A stretch of DNA of 64,000 nucleotides from Verrucomicrobiia bacterium (GCA_963664225.1 OY760937.1:352001-416000); one strand, 5' to 3'. Shown: positions 39,079 through 48,560, numbered from the stretch's first letter. Notes: generated by a model from the sequence alone, not told the origin. A program made the numbers and translations.

Positions 39079-40881
39079 TTATTTTAACTGCCGCTTCACC
39101 GGCAGCAGATCGTCAGGCTCCTTCAAAATCACCTGCTGAACCTTTTTCGGTTCGTTGGAATTCTTTAATAATCCAACGGCCATTTTCTGTTCACGGTCTT
39201 TAATTTGCCTGTTTGCCTCGGTACTTGGCATGGCAAACGGCAGTTTTTTGTACAAACGGGTTAAAAAGGATTGCGCCATCTTGTCATTGGCAGGCGTTTT
39301 CTGAATGGTCGGTGTCACAATGGTGTGGGGAGTGGCCATTCCAACGAGCCGAGCCACGCCATGACGCTGTTTCTGATCATGCAGAGCCGCCATAGCCCGG
39401 AACATCTGTTCCTCCAGGGGGCGGAATTGGACGCTGGAAAGTTCTTTTCCAATGACTGGACGGAGAAAAGGCATTTCGGTTTCAGAACTGCCTCCGCCTC
39501 GCACGTTCATTTGGGACGTGCCGTCTGAATTAGCCTCCGAACTATTCCACGCGCTGGGGTCTTCTTGTGAGTCGTTAAGTATCATGCCGCTCGTGCTTTC
39601 GGTGCCGGTCAGACCGGTAAATTGCCCGGTGGCCTCGCTCCAGTTTTCGCTCCTGCTCCTAACGGTGCGGGTCTCCTCGACGTAATCCATCACCTTGGTG
39701 CTGTATAGCTCGTGTTTGATCTCGTCCGGGTTCATCACACCCATAAAGAGGTCGGTGGCAAGGGGACGCAAATTCTCCTCGCCGTGTGTTTCAAACACGA
39801 TCTTGCTCCGCGCGTTCGCCATGATCGAGTCATACACCTGGGGGCCGTTTGCGCCGGTATGGAGAATCTGGCGTGGAAATTGGTTGGCAAGCGTGAGGTG
39901 AAGCCCGAATCCGCGTGCCTGGTCGAGATTCTTGGCAATCGTCGGGGTCACGAAGTTCTGAAATTCGTCAATATAGACATAGAATGGTTTTACCTGGCGA
40001 GCATCAGTGCCTTTACCGCGTTCCTTTGCCGCCGTCCAAAGATCGCTCAAAAGCAATGTCGCAAACAGGGAAGCATCTTCCTCGGATACGCGAGCGCCTT
40101 CGGTTGAAAGATTGACGATGATTATCGAACCCTCTTCGAGCGCTTTGCCAAGATCAAGTGATGTGCCGTTCTGGCCGAACATGAGACGCAGCTTTTCATT
40201 GTGCAGGAAACTGTGAAATCGATTCACGGTGCTCGAAATCTGTGCGTCAAAATCCCTTGGTGTTAAGGCATTAGCGTAGGCCCAATCCTGAGCAACAGAA
40301 CGTTTGGATAGGCCAGCCGTCATCTGGAACCGGAGGCGCTTGTTGGTGCGGTCAATCAGATATTCCGATTCAAGGAGCGTCATCTTTTTCTCATATAACG
40401 TCCATAGGACATTGCTTCCGATACGAGCGAATAGGGGTGTTTTGTCGGTGCCGTCCACGCCCCAGACATACGACATGGCTTGGACAAAGTTATTCACGAT
40501 AACCGCAGGATCGGCCTTCATGCGCGGACGCATCACGTTGTATGCGACTGTCCAATCGGTTTGCCGTAAATCAATTGGGACAATGGGAACCTTTTTAAGA
40601 TACGGTTCCTGCCATGAAATCCAATTGATGAGGCTGTCGTATAACGATCCGTGGGGGTCGAGCACCAGGAGTCCGCACTTGCTTTGGGGCCATTTGGCGA
40701 TGTCCTGGCGGATGAGATATTCCAGCATTTTCGATTTGCCGGTGCCGGTCGAGCCGCAGATGTATAAATGCGTCGAACGCATCTCAGGGGTAATCTGGAG
40801 GGGAACCCCCTTACCGTCCACCACACCGAGCTTAATTTTATTGCCGGGAATGCGACGCATAGTAATCACAACATAAATCAA
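39079..40881 (-). CDS. Second VirD4/TraD-like coupling ATPase
   Basis: GSTGTGKS, LDPHGS, YVYIDEFQNF, ARGFGLHLTLANQ. Confidence 0.88.
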   Translation of the reverse strand: MIYVVITMRRIPGNKIKLGVVDGKGVPLQITPEMRSTHLYICGSTGTGKSKMLEYLIRQDIAKWPQSKCGLLVLDPHGSLYDSLINWISWQEPYLKKVPIVPIDLRQTDWTVAYNVMRPRMKADPAVIVNNFVQAMSYVWGVDGTDKTPLFARIGSNVLWTLYEKKMTLLESEYLIDRTNKRLRFQMTAGLSKRSVAQDWAYANALTPRDFDAQISSTVNRFHSFLHNEKLRLMFGQNGTSLDLGKALEEGSIIIVNLSTEGARVSEEDASLFATLLLSDLWTAAKERGKGTDARQVKPFYVYIDEFQNFVTPTIAKNLDQARGFGLHLTLANQFPRQILHTGANGPQVYDSIMANARSKIVFETHGEENLRPLATDLFMGVMNPDEIKHELYSTKVMDYVEETRTVRSRSENWSEATGQFTGLTGTESTSGMILNDSQEDPSAWNSSEANSDGTSQMNVRGGGSSETEMPFLRPVIGKELSSVQFRPLEEQMFRAMAALHDQKQRHGVARLVGMATPHTIVTPTIQKTPANDKMAQSFLTRLYKKLPFAMPSTEANRQIKDREQKMAVGLLKNSNEPKKVQQVILKEPDDLLPVKRQLK

Positions 40882-40937
40882 AAACTGTATAGTGAAGGCG
40901 TGATAATATCAAAACAGGAACAAAGCATGTTTGGAAT

Positions 40938-41684
40938 CTATTTTTTCTGAGCAACAAAAAAAACCAAATCGTTCGGGACATCGGATCTTTTTTCGAATGA
41001 AACAGCATGGACTTCAGAAAATCCTATATTCGTAAATGCTCGCCAATAATCATCGCAATTTCGGTCAAAATATGTAAAGGGCGCTGGATGCACGGATGAT
41101 CCTCTAATTTTAAATGGTGCCAAGTATGCCGTCCGACCATTCACCAATATCCGCTTAGCTTGTTGACGCCGATGGTTAAACCAGAAAACAGGATGTGGTA
41201 TGCAACCGATCAGCACACCCTTTGGTTTAAGCAAATCGTAAATTGATTCTGCAATTTCTTCAATGTTAGGTACATTGTGAAAAAACATGTTTGCAACGCA
41301 AGCATCATAACGATCATGTTCCTCCTTCGAATAGTCGAGAATATTGGTAGCATGGAATTTGAGAGACGGAAAATTCTCCCGCGCAATGGAAATACAATCG
41401 GAAGCAATATCAATGCCGACTACATCGAATCCGAGATTGTGAATATAATCCGAGAAAAAACCTAAACCGCAACCAACATCTAGAACAGTTCGCCCAGGAG
41501 AAACGTCACTTAATAGTTTGTATAAAAGTGGACACAAAATATTTTTATATGTTTGGTCTTGTCCAGAAAATAGTTCTTGGAATCGATATCGAGCATTACA
41601 ATCCCATTGTTTGGCAATGAAACTGAATGAATTAAAATGTTTTTGGGATTTCCTCATGGAGTATAATGCTGTATGATAACACAT
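40938..41684 (-). CDS. Class I SAM-dependent methyltransferase; probable start 41657
   Basis: VLDVGCGLG, VVGIDI, LKPKGVL. Confidence 0.85.
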   Translation of the reverse strand: MCYHTALYSMRKSQKHFNSFSFIAKQWDCNARYRFQELFSGQDQTYKNILCPLLYKLLSDVSPGRTVLDVGCGLGFFSDYIHNLGFDVVGIDIASDCISIARENFPSLKFHATNILDYSKEEHDRYDACVANMFFHNVPNIEEIAESIYDLLKPKGVLIGCIPHPVFWFNHRRQQAKRILVNGRTAYLAPFKIRGSSVHPAPFTYFDRNCDDYWRAFTNIGFSEVHAVSFEKRSDVPNDLVFFVAQKK

Positions 41685-42258
41685 CGTTTGCCAAAGCTAT
41701 GAGATGGGGATCGTTCGTGCTGCAGGTCCCGATAAATTCAATTAGTTCCGGTCCGGCAATTGCGGCCCCTGTAACTTTGCTTCGGCATATTATTTGCTCA
41801 AAACCATCATTCTTTAGAATTGAAAACTTATGTTGTGACTGCACGCAACTGGGTATTTGAAATACTGAAGCTCCTGACGCCCTAAGTTGTTGTCCTTGGC
41901 TCCCAATTATCTTCAAAAATAACCGCAACTGACCTTTTGATGCCTTATTCACCAAGGCTGAATGTATTTCATCCGATCGCGCCCAATCTAAGTCATCGCA
42001 ATAAACCGATAAGTCTCCTGGAATATTATACCAATCTCTAAAAAAGCCGATTAATTGTTTACTGCCAGGTTTGAATCGATAAACTGTTTTTTCGCGAACG
42101 AAAATAGCATAACCAATAAAAACGCACAAAATTGTTGCTGCAATACACTTCTGATATAGATTAGGTAGAAGTGGGGCAAAATCTGCTAAGCCCACTACGC
42201 CCATGATCACAAAAAATAAATGAATTAAAGCTGCCCGAGTTTGTTTTATCGTATACAT
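41632..42258 (-). CDS. Hypothetical protein, 2 N-terminal TM + alpha/beta domain
   Basis: Hydrophobic N-terminus; DDLDW and HKFSI segments reminiscent of a PLD/TrmB-like fold (weak). Confidence 0.65.
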   Translation of the reverse strand: MYTIKQTRAALIHLFFVIMGVVGLADFAPLLPNLYQKCIAATILCVFIGYAIFVREKTVYRFKPGSKQLIGFFRDWYNIPGDLSVYCDDLDWARSDEIHSALVNKASKGQLRLFLKIIGSQGQQLRASGASVFQIPSCVQSQHKFSILKNDGFEQIICRSKVTGAAIAGPELIEFIGTCSTNDPHLIALANDVLSYSIILHEEIPKTF

Positions 42259-42331
42259 ATAAGCTCAGCGATCTATTAATGCATATTAAATCAAAAATAG
42301 TTTAACAAGTTCTATAAAGTGATTATCTACT

Positions 42332-43912
42332 TTAAGTAAGAACCCTCTTTATTGGTTTAGTAAAGTTCGTCTTTGAATTGTTCACGGCTTCGCAAAATAT
42401 ATGTTCCCAATCTGATATGGTTAAATCTTTAAAAAGATCGGACCGGTTTGGATGACAAAATACAAATACACGACGACTTTTGTCGAGTAAATTGTCGGCA
42501 CCTTCATTATCATAAGACGGCACTACGAAATCTTTAGTTCGTTCATCTAATAACTTCATACTATTTATGGCAAACGTTTCATGTCCCGGTTTAACCGGTG
42601 TGTATTCCAGTAAAATGTCCCCTTGTTTGATAGTTGGAAGAACATGCCTAATTGCCTTTTCCAAATTATTTGCCTTTTGTAGGCATGTATCGATAGATGC
42701 GTGACTTTCATTCAAAATGCTTTGGAAAAATGTACTGGCGTTAGGTTTGGCATGTGAAACTGAAACACCAAAACGGTAAACCATTTTAAACAAAGCACGA
42801 TTTCTAAACAGGAACGGCTCTAAAAGCGAATGTAATCGAGGGTTTTTGATTGTTCGAATAATTTGATAAATATTATGAGAAACCTGATCGTCTTGCGAAA
42901 GCATTAATCTTTTTAGCTGCATTGGAGTCAGAAACTTCATTTTGCATAACAAAAATATAAGCGTCTTCATCATTGCTCCACACGCTCGCACCGTTTTGTG
43001 CCAATATACTTCGTTATACATTAGATTTCTAACTGTGATCAAAGTTGGAATATGTGATTCACTTTTTGTACTAAGGCAAATACTGGCATTTGCTTTATCA
43101 ATGTGAAGCCCAGCTAAGAACCGGTCTATGTCCAAAGCCAGACCGAAATTAACTCCACAATGGACACTATCTCGAATGAGGTAATCCATTTTATCGAGGT
43201 CAAGCACCCCGCTCAAAGCAGTTGCCATTACAGCAAAACCGCCAGGTAGCCCTTGACCTTTGATCGCCTTGCATACATCGCGAGGGTTGATGCCCCAACT
43301 CTTTTCAAGAATCTCGCGAATCTTCGTATGCATGATGAGGTGATCGGCTCGATCTTCATGTTTTTTGAGGTTTATTCCTGGTAATTGCCCAATTTCTTCA
43401 ATTAAGTGAGAAAATGGATAGTGGCCTATGTCATGCAAGAGGGCACTTGCAATTAAAAGTTTGACCATGTCGGCGGGGCTTTGCGCAAACTCATAAAACT
43501 CATCTCGTTCAAGCAATACCTTGGCATATTTTAGGCTTAGTGCGTAAGTTCCCAGAGAATGTTCAAAACGCGTGTGAACGGCTCCAGGATATACAAAATA
43601 CGTTGGACCAAGTTGACGAACTCCACGTAATCTTTGAAATTCTTGAGTTTCAATGATTTGAAGAACTTCGTTGGCAACAGGGACACTGCCTGATACAGGG
43701 ATTCTTAAAGTGCCACTGAATGTCAGGATCCTCTCCAGCGACAGGTCTTTCTTAATCGCATGCTTCGATGTGCGTTTTGGTTTCATTCGTAGAGGTATTG
43801 GTGAATGACTTCGTACCAGAAAAATAAGGACGAGCAACTCTAAAATAGAAATTAATATTGTTTTATAAAACTGAGCTGTGGAAAAACCGATGGATTCGAT
43901 AAGAATGAGCAA
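42332..43912 (-). CDS. HD-domain phosphohydrolase (SAMHD1/dNTPase-like); probable start 43786
   Basis: FQRLRGVRQLG, HTRFEHSLG, LLHDIGHYPFSH, DLDKMDYLIRDS, VYWHKTVR. Confidence 0.9.
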   Translation of the reverse strand: MLILIESIGFSTAQFYKTILISILELLVLIFLVRSHSPIPLRMKPKRTSKHAIKKDLSLERILTFSGTLRIPVSGSVPVANEVLQIIETQEFQRLRGVRQLGPTYFVYPGAVHTRFEHSLGTYALSLKYAKVLLERDEFYEFAQSPADMVKLLIASALLHDIGHYPFSHLIEEIGQLPGINLKKHEDRADHLIMHTKIREILEKSWGINPRDVCKAIKGQGLPGGFAVMATALSGVLDLDKMDYLIRDSVHCGVNFGLALDIDRFLAGLHIDKANASICLSTKSESHIPTLITVRNLMYNEVYWHKTVRACGAMMKTLIFLLCKMKFLTPMQLKRLMLSQDDQVSHNIYQIIRTIKNPRLHSLLEPFLFRNRALFKMVYRFGVSVSHAKPNASTFFQSILNESHASIDTCLQKANNLEKAIRHVLPTIKQGDILLEYTPVKPGHETFAINSMKLLDERTKDFVVPSYDNEGADNLLDKSRRVFVFCHPNRSDLFKDLTISDWEHIFCEAVNNSKTNFTKPIKRVLT

Positions 43913-43941
43913 TTAAAGAAAAGAATGTATTTACCTTTGAT

Positions 43942-44736
43942 TTATATGGTTTGATTATCGTTTAATGTATTTTTAGAGCGGTGTGTGGTCATAAAAATGT
44001 GCGCATCAGGGATTGTGATCCCGTTTCCTTCCCACCAATCTCGCGTTCTTGGGACGAAATCGGTTGCTAAATTGAGTGTCCTGCCACGAATCGCCGTCCG
44101 ATAACGCTTTGATCTTCGGTTGTAACCGCCAGCCGTCACTTTCTTGCCCTCTTTGGAATACCAGGATATCTGGGGAATTGTTTTGAAACTCGTGTCGAAA
44201 CGGTAAGATGCGACCGTCAATCCTTCGATCCAATAATACACATGGCCGAAATATGCCGCATGAATCCATTTTTCCCACAGTCGGGGTGTGTAGCGATTGG
44301 CGTCAAGGGCCGGTGTCCACTGCAAAAGCCAAAGCACATAAATTCCTCGTTGGTGGTAATCAATCGTCCGGCGCATGATTGTTTCGATCGAAAGGGAACT
44401 GATCTGAACCTCGATGGCGACAGGGACGCCATTGATAATGGCGCTTACGTCAGGGCGGACAGTTTCAAGCGGTCGCTCAATGGCGACATTGTGAACGCCA
44501 GGCTCTCGCTTAAGCGCCTCGAAAATCTCCATTTTGCAGCGCCGATGTGTCTCGCTTTCACCCTCGGCAAACTTGCACGCGATCGGATTGGCGTGGGCAA
44601 AATGATTTACGCGATTTCTGCCGCATTTAAGGATCACATCCTCGTTGCATTGAGGACAGACGAACGGCGCATTCCGTTTTGATTCAAGATATGCGGTCAC
44701 GACTTGACCGTCTGATTTTCGTTTGGCGCAGAGCAT
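43942..44736 (-). CDS. CoiA-like nuclease
   Basis: CPQC...HFAH...ESETH, RPDV...AIEVQIS. Confidence 0.85.
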   Translation of the reverse strand: MLCAKRKSDGQVVTAYLESKRNAPFVCPQCNEDVILKCGRNRVNHFAHANPIACKFAEGESETHRRCKMEIFEALKREPGVHNVAIERPLETVRPDVSAIINGVPVAIEVQISSLSIETIMRRTIDYHQRGIYVLWLLQWTPALDANRYTPRLWEKWIHAAYFGHVYYWIEGLTVASYRFDTSFKTIPQISWYSKEGKKVTAGGYNRRSKRYRTAIRGRTLNLATDFVPRTRDWWEGNGITIPDAHIFMTTHRSKNTLNDNQTI

Positions 44737-44817
44737 GTTCTGAAAAATCGATCAAATTATATCACGCCGCCTGTAGGTTAAAAAAGGACCCCTCCCGAAA
44801 AATGGAAGGGGCTTGAA

Positions 44818-45672
44818 TCACTCTTTGACTTCGTTGATATCGCCTGCGGACGCGCCAATGATGTAATCAGCGGCTTTTTGCGCCTGGGCTGCTGCTTGAA
44901 CCATGAGCGTCCGATCACTGCGCAACTTTACGAGCCAGTTGTTAATATACGCAGCCGAGTTATCAATCGTTCGATCCACGATCTCTGCATATCCACAGAG
45001 AAACGCGCTGCCGAGTTCGGCGATCAATTCCTCGCGGGCATACGGGTCTGATCCGAAGCCGGTGTTTTCGACAAGCGTAGCGCGATGCAACCGCGATTTG
45101 TGGCCTGTCGAATGCACCAGTTCATGAAAAATCGTCGCGTAATAGCTCGTCTCGTTGTCGAATCGGTCAGGAACCGGCATTCCGACCTCATCTGCCGATG
45201 GGGCATAGAAAGCGCGGGTCATGCCGTGTTTGATCACGGGCGGTTGCGGCATCCTCGCCACAATTTCCGCTGGTTTCGTAACCGCAATCGAAATGTCTTC
45301 CGCTGCGGGTGGTGTTTTTAACCCCTCGCATTGCGAAATGTTGAATACGTGATACACGCGGAGCAAAGGAATTTTGTGTTCCTTGCCGGTTTCGTTGTCT
45401 TCAACCTCTAACGGTTTCCAAAAAACGACCGGACATGCTTTTTCGCCTTTGCTGACTGAACCGCCAAGCTCCGTGGCCTGGTGGAATGTCAGCCAGAAAG
45501 GGGATTCGTAGCTCATGGCTATGAGCAAAAATATATTCACGCCACGATACGGTCTTTTGGTGATGAAATTCCGTGGCAAGCCGGTTTTTGCTTTCCACGG
45601 CTTATGCCAGGGAATGGTGCCTTGCTCAAGCAGGGCAATGATTCGTTCGTTGATGCGGTCATAGGCATTCAT
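44818..45672 (-). CDS. ardC: ArdC-like antirestriction/ssDNA-binding protein with zincin domain
   Basis: PWHKPW, YRGVN, VSKGEK, HELVHSTGH, YAREELIAE; start MNAYD. Confidence 0.88.
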   Translation of the reverse strand: MNAYDRINERIIALLEQGTIPWHKPWKAKTGLPRNFITKRPYRGVNIFLLIAMSYESPFWLTFHQATELGGSVSKGEKACPVVFWKPLEVEDNETGKEHKIPLLRVYHVFNISQCEGLKTPPAAEDISIAVTKPAEIVARMPQPPVIKHGMTRAFYAPSADEVGMPVPDRFDNETSYYATIFHELVHSTGHKSRLHRATLVENTGFGSDPYAREELIAELGSAFLCGYAEIVDRTIDNSAAYINNWLVKLRSDRTLMVQAAAQAQKAADYIIGASAGDINEVKE

Positions 45673-45755
45673 AGACCGTGATCCTCCATTGGGATGTAAT
45701 ACCGGAGATGGCGAACACGCCACAATTCGCAACGAGTGGTGCAATGAAGATCCAT
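45669..45755 (-). pseudogene. 28-aa internally deleted paralog of the 46222-46551 gene (or a leader peptide)
   Basis: MDLHCTTRCELWRVRHL...EDHGL* vs MDVHCSTCGEPWDTFHL...EDHHL*; AAGGAG RBS; ATGA overlap with ardC. Confidence 0.7.
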
Positions 45756-45760
45756 CGTAT

Positions 45761-45812
45761 CTCCTTATGGTTATGTGGTTTGATGAAGAACTGACTCCAG
45801 TTTTGCATTATA
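45761..45812 (-). promoter_or_regulatory. Conserved upstream repeat copy 1 (TATAAT + leader + RBS)
   Basis: TATAAT-N7-TGGAGTCAGTTCTTCA..AAACCACATAACCATAAGGAG on the minus strand. Confidence 0.8.
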
Positions 45813-45940
45813 CCAGACGATGTTCGAGGACAGGTAGGGCGCGGCGGTGGTTACATTAAGTCGAGGAAAGCAGTCAAGGCGTGCAAACTTGCCGTTTGGG
45901 GCAAGAAAAGGAGCGACCCGAATGGATCGCCCTTGTGAAT

Positions 45941-46225
45941 TCAATCGCTCGGCATCATGACCTTTGTCACGGAGCGATTCGGCACTGTGATGACAAAGAA
46001 TGGCATGTCATTGTGGTCGTGATAGACCGATATGAGAATCAACCCCCTTTCGAGGTTAAGATCGTTCTCTAATCGGTCGTCACTGCTTAAATTGCCCCAA
46101 TCGCTCATTTGATGACGAATGACTGCTGAAATGATTTCATTCAGAGTCAGGCATTTAAGGGCGTTGGGTGTTACCATGAGTTGACCAAGAGGGAACTTGG
46201 CGATTGAATTGACGGCTGCGTTCAT
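45941..46225 (-). CDS. Small plasmid/ICE-associated hypothetical protein (paralog 2 of 3)
   Basis: KFPLGQLMVTPNA...SDWG...RSVTKVMMPSD. Confidence 0.75.
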   Translation of the reverse strand: MNAAVNSIAKFPLGQLMVTPNALKCLTLNEIISAVIRHQMSDWGNLSSDDRLENDLNLERGLILISVYHDHNDMPFFVITVPNRSVTKVMMPSD

Positions 46226-46551
46226 AGGTGATGATCCTCGAAGGTTGCAGCCAATCCCTCCTGGTCCTTGCCCAAAAGCTGTTCAAGGACTGCTTTTGTT
46301 TTTACGACCTCTGGGTTGGGTTTTGCATCCTTGGGACAGCACGGGCAACGAGTGACGTTGATCACGCTTTGCCCGAACTCCCAGCCGACCGCCCGAAATT
46401 CCTTCCGGTAACGGTCGTTTAATTTTTGAGACTGGGGAAGAAAGTCCCACGCTTCGGCTTCCTCAGCACTCAATCCTGTCTCGAATATGGCTTCGTGCCA
46501 GAGATGAAATGTATCCCATGGCTCGCCACAGGTGGAACAATGAACATCCAT
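46222..46551 (-). CDS. Hypothetical Cys-rich protein
   Basis: CSTCGEPWD and CPCC motifs; RBS; ATGA overlap with the next gene. Confidence 0.8.
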   Translation of the reverse strand: MDVHCSTCGEPWDTFHLWHEAIFETGLSAEEAEAWDFLPQSQKLNDRYRKEFRAVGWEFGQSVINVTRCPCCPKDAKPNPEVVKTKAVLEQLLGKDQEGLAATFEDHHL

Positions 46552-46556
46552 GATAA

Positions 46557-46609
46557 CTCCTTATGGTTATGTGGTTTCAGTGAAGAACTGACTCCAATGA
46601 TCAATTATA
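46557..46609 (-). promoter_or_regulatory. Conserved upstream repeat copy 2
   Basis: Near-identical to 45761-45812, same TATAAT spacing. Confidence 0.8.
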
Positions 46610-46782
46610 CATTACACAGGTGCGGAGATGGATGTTGATAGCGAATATGGTCGGTTACAAATGATAGGGTGAACTTACAATATATCTTCTAGGCCCAATT
46701 CTTTTGAGGATTGAATATGTTTGACTCAGATGGGTTATCAGGATTAAAATTGCATTAACATTCTAAAAAAGAAGAGATAAAT

Positions 46783-47073
46783 ATGTCATACACATACCTG
46801 TTTGAAACTGCCAGCGAACCATTTAAATTGTCAGTTTGGACTAAAGGAAGAATTATTCAAAACTTCGATCCAAAGGTATGGAGATACGATGAGTGCGGAA
46901 ACGTCATGAGATATAGCGAACATGGCAATTCAGATTCAGAATACGGCTGGGAAATCGATCATATTATGCCCGTTGCCCTTGGCGGAACCGATGATCTGAG
47001 CAATCTCCAGCCACTTCAATGGGAAAACAATCGTAGTAAAAGCGACACGTATCCTTGGCATTGCGGACAATAG
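46783..47073 (+). CDS. Small HNH endonuclease
   Basis: WEIDHIMP..GG.D.LSNLQPLQWENN. Confidence 0.88.
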   Translation: MSYTYLFETASEPFKLSVWTKGRIIQNFDPKVWRYDECGNVMRYSEHGNSDSEYGWEIDHIMPVALGGTDDLSNLQPLQWENNRSKSDTYPWHCGQ

Positions 47074-47108
47074 TTGAAAAACGGGCAACCGTTTAAAAGT
47101 TTTTAACG

Positions 47109-47699
47109 TCATCTGAGTTGGGCAACTGTCCATCCGATGGGTTCACGGTAAAGTTCAGCGATATCTCCCATAATAAGGGAATACATTTGGACGTTGTATT
47201 CCTGATTGTCTTCGTGCTCCCGTTTGAGGCGTGCAGCCCAATTAGCGTCTCGAACAACAATTTTTGCATTACTGCAATCAAAAGGCAGTTCGTCACATTT
47301 AATTCTCCACTCGCGTTCCCAGGTAAAGTCGGAAAAAGACAATCCGTCGCGCAATTCAAACGTAACATGACGCCATTGATAACTATGAGGTAGTTCATTA
47401 TATTCCGGCGCAGGCTGATAGATCACCGGCCGACCACCTCGTTCAAAAAGCAATTTCTTGGAAACCATGATTCCGAATGGCGAATATTTGGAATAGAAAT
47501 CCTGGTTCACTAAGCCGTCTTGGAGACTGGACAATGGTGCCTCGGAAAAACACACGCATCGATGGCCTCCCTTAATCTTGTTACTGCTGCCAATTAATTT
47601 CTTATCATGAATAATCTTTTGAAGACGTTTAAAGGCTTTTTCGTCGGTTGTGTCGCGCGTAAAGTGAATTAGGTATTTGGAAATGTCTGGTCGGATCAT
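47109..47699 (-). CDS. AbiGi-like protein (ADP-ribosyltransferase-like fold)
   Basis: LIHFT, VCFSEAP, YSPFGI, GGRPVIY, WEREWR; start MIRPD. Confidence 0.7.
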   Translation of the reverse strand: MIRPDISKYLIHFTRDTTDEKAFKRLQKIIHDKKLIGSSNKIKGGHRCVCFSEAPLSSLQDGLVNQDFYSKYSPFGIMVSKKLLFERGGRPVIYQPAPEYNELPHSYQWRHVTFELRDGLSFSDFTWEREWRIKCDELPFDCSNAKIVVRDANWAARLKREHEDNQEYNVQMYSLIMGDIAELYREPIGWTVAQLR

Positions 47700-47925
47700 G
47701 GAAAACATATCACTACAGTTTTGATAGAGAAGAAACAGAAGAATTACATTCATTCCTCATTTTATCGGCATTTGAGATGTCTTCAGAATTTTAAATGCAC
47801 TCAGAGTGCTGGATGATGCAGCTCGTTTGGCTGAGAGTGGGGTTCGAAAGCCCCCTGGGGGAGGAATCCGGCAGGGGGTTGGGGGTCGGGGAGGACGTCG
47901 CACCCCCCCCCATTTGCCAAAGCAC

Positions 47926-47953
47926 GAAAAAACCCCGCTTTTTAGGCGGGGTT
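47926..47953 (-). terminator. Terminator of the leftward 47969-48791 operon
   Basis: AACCCCGC-ttttag-GCGGGGTT with an A-run on the + strand. Confidence 0.7.
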
Positions 47954-47968
47954 ATTTCGTCGCTGCGG

Positions 47969-48244
47969 CTATTCCGCGCTCGTGCTTTTCTCGCGAGAAT
48001 CCGTCATCTCGCGTATATCCGTGCGAATCTCGCCGATGAAATCGGCGATTGCCTCACGGTTTCCCTCAACCTTGTCCTCAACCTCGGCAATCCGACTGTA
48101 GAGGCGGGATTCTGTCGCGTCTATGCGCTCCTCCAGCCTTTCGAAAGAGCGTGCGATGGAGATGGCGATGTCGTCGCCGTTCTTGTAAATAACGCGCTCG
48201 ATGAGTTCGAGGTCTTTCTGCGTTAAACCTGTATAATTGGTCAT
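47969..48244 (-). CDS. Small coiled-coil hypothetical protein
   Basis: Heptad-rich FERLEERIDATESRLYSRIAEVE. Confidence 0.75.
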   Translation of the reverse strand: MTNYTGLTQKDLELIERVIYKNGDDIAISIARSFERLEERIDATESRLYSRIAEVEDKVEGNREAIADFIGEIRTDIREMTDSREKSTSAE

Positions 48245-48260
48245 GGTGTTTGTTCGTTAG

Positions 48261-48560
48261 CTAATAATCTTCGGGCAGGAGAACCGTTGTCGCGGTTCGG
48301 TCTGCCTCCGTAATGATCCAGAATTTCACGGCATTTCTGCCGTGATACACCGAAAACAGACGGCCACCGCCCCAGAGTGCGGAATCGTTGGCCTCGCTGT
48401 CCTCGGGACAAACATCGCCCCAATCACACCCTGCATGGCGTAAAAGGCTGGCATGGATGTCTTCCGGTTCAATCGTGCGCATGGCATTTGTCGTCATGAC
48501 GATCTGGCCAAGCGGGAATTTCGGATTCAGATGCCTCGACAGGAAACTGAAGTTGGTCAT
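48261..48560 (-). CDS. Small plasmid/ICE-associated hypothetical protein (paralog 3 of 3)
   Basis: KFPLGQIVMT...CDWGD...WIITEADRTATTVLLPEDY. Confidence 0.8.
   Translation of the reverse strand: MTNFSFLSRHLNPKFPLGQIVMTTNAMRTIEPEDIHASLLRHAGCDWGDVCPEDSEANDSALWGGGRLFSVYHGRNAVKFWIITEADRTATTVLLPEDY

Noticed and set aside
40938..41684. DNA methyltransferase of a restriction-modification system
   Set aside because: Lacks DPPY/NPPY or PC catalytic motifs; looks like a small-molecule class I methyltransferase
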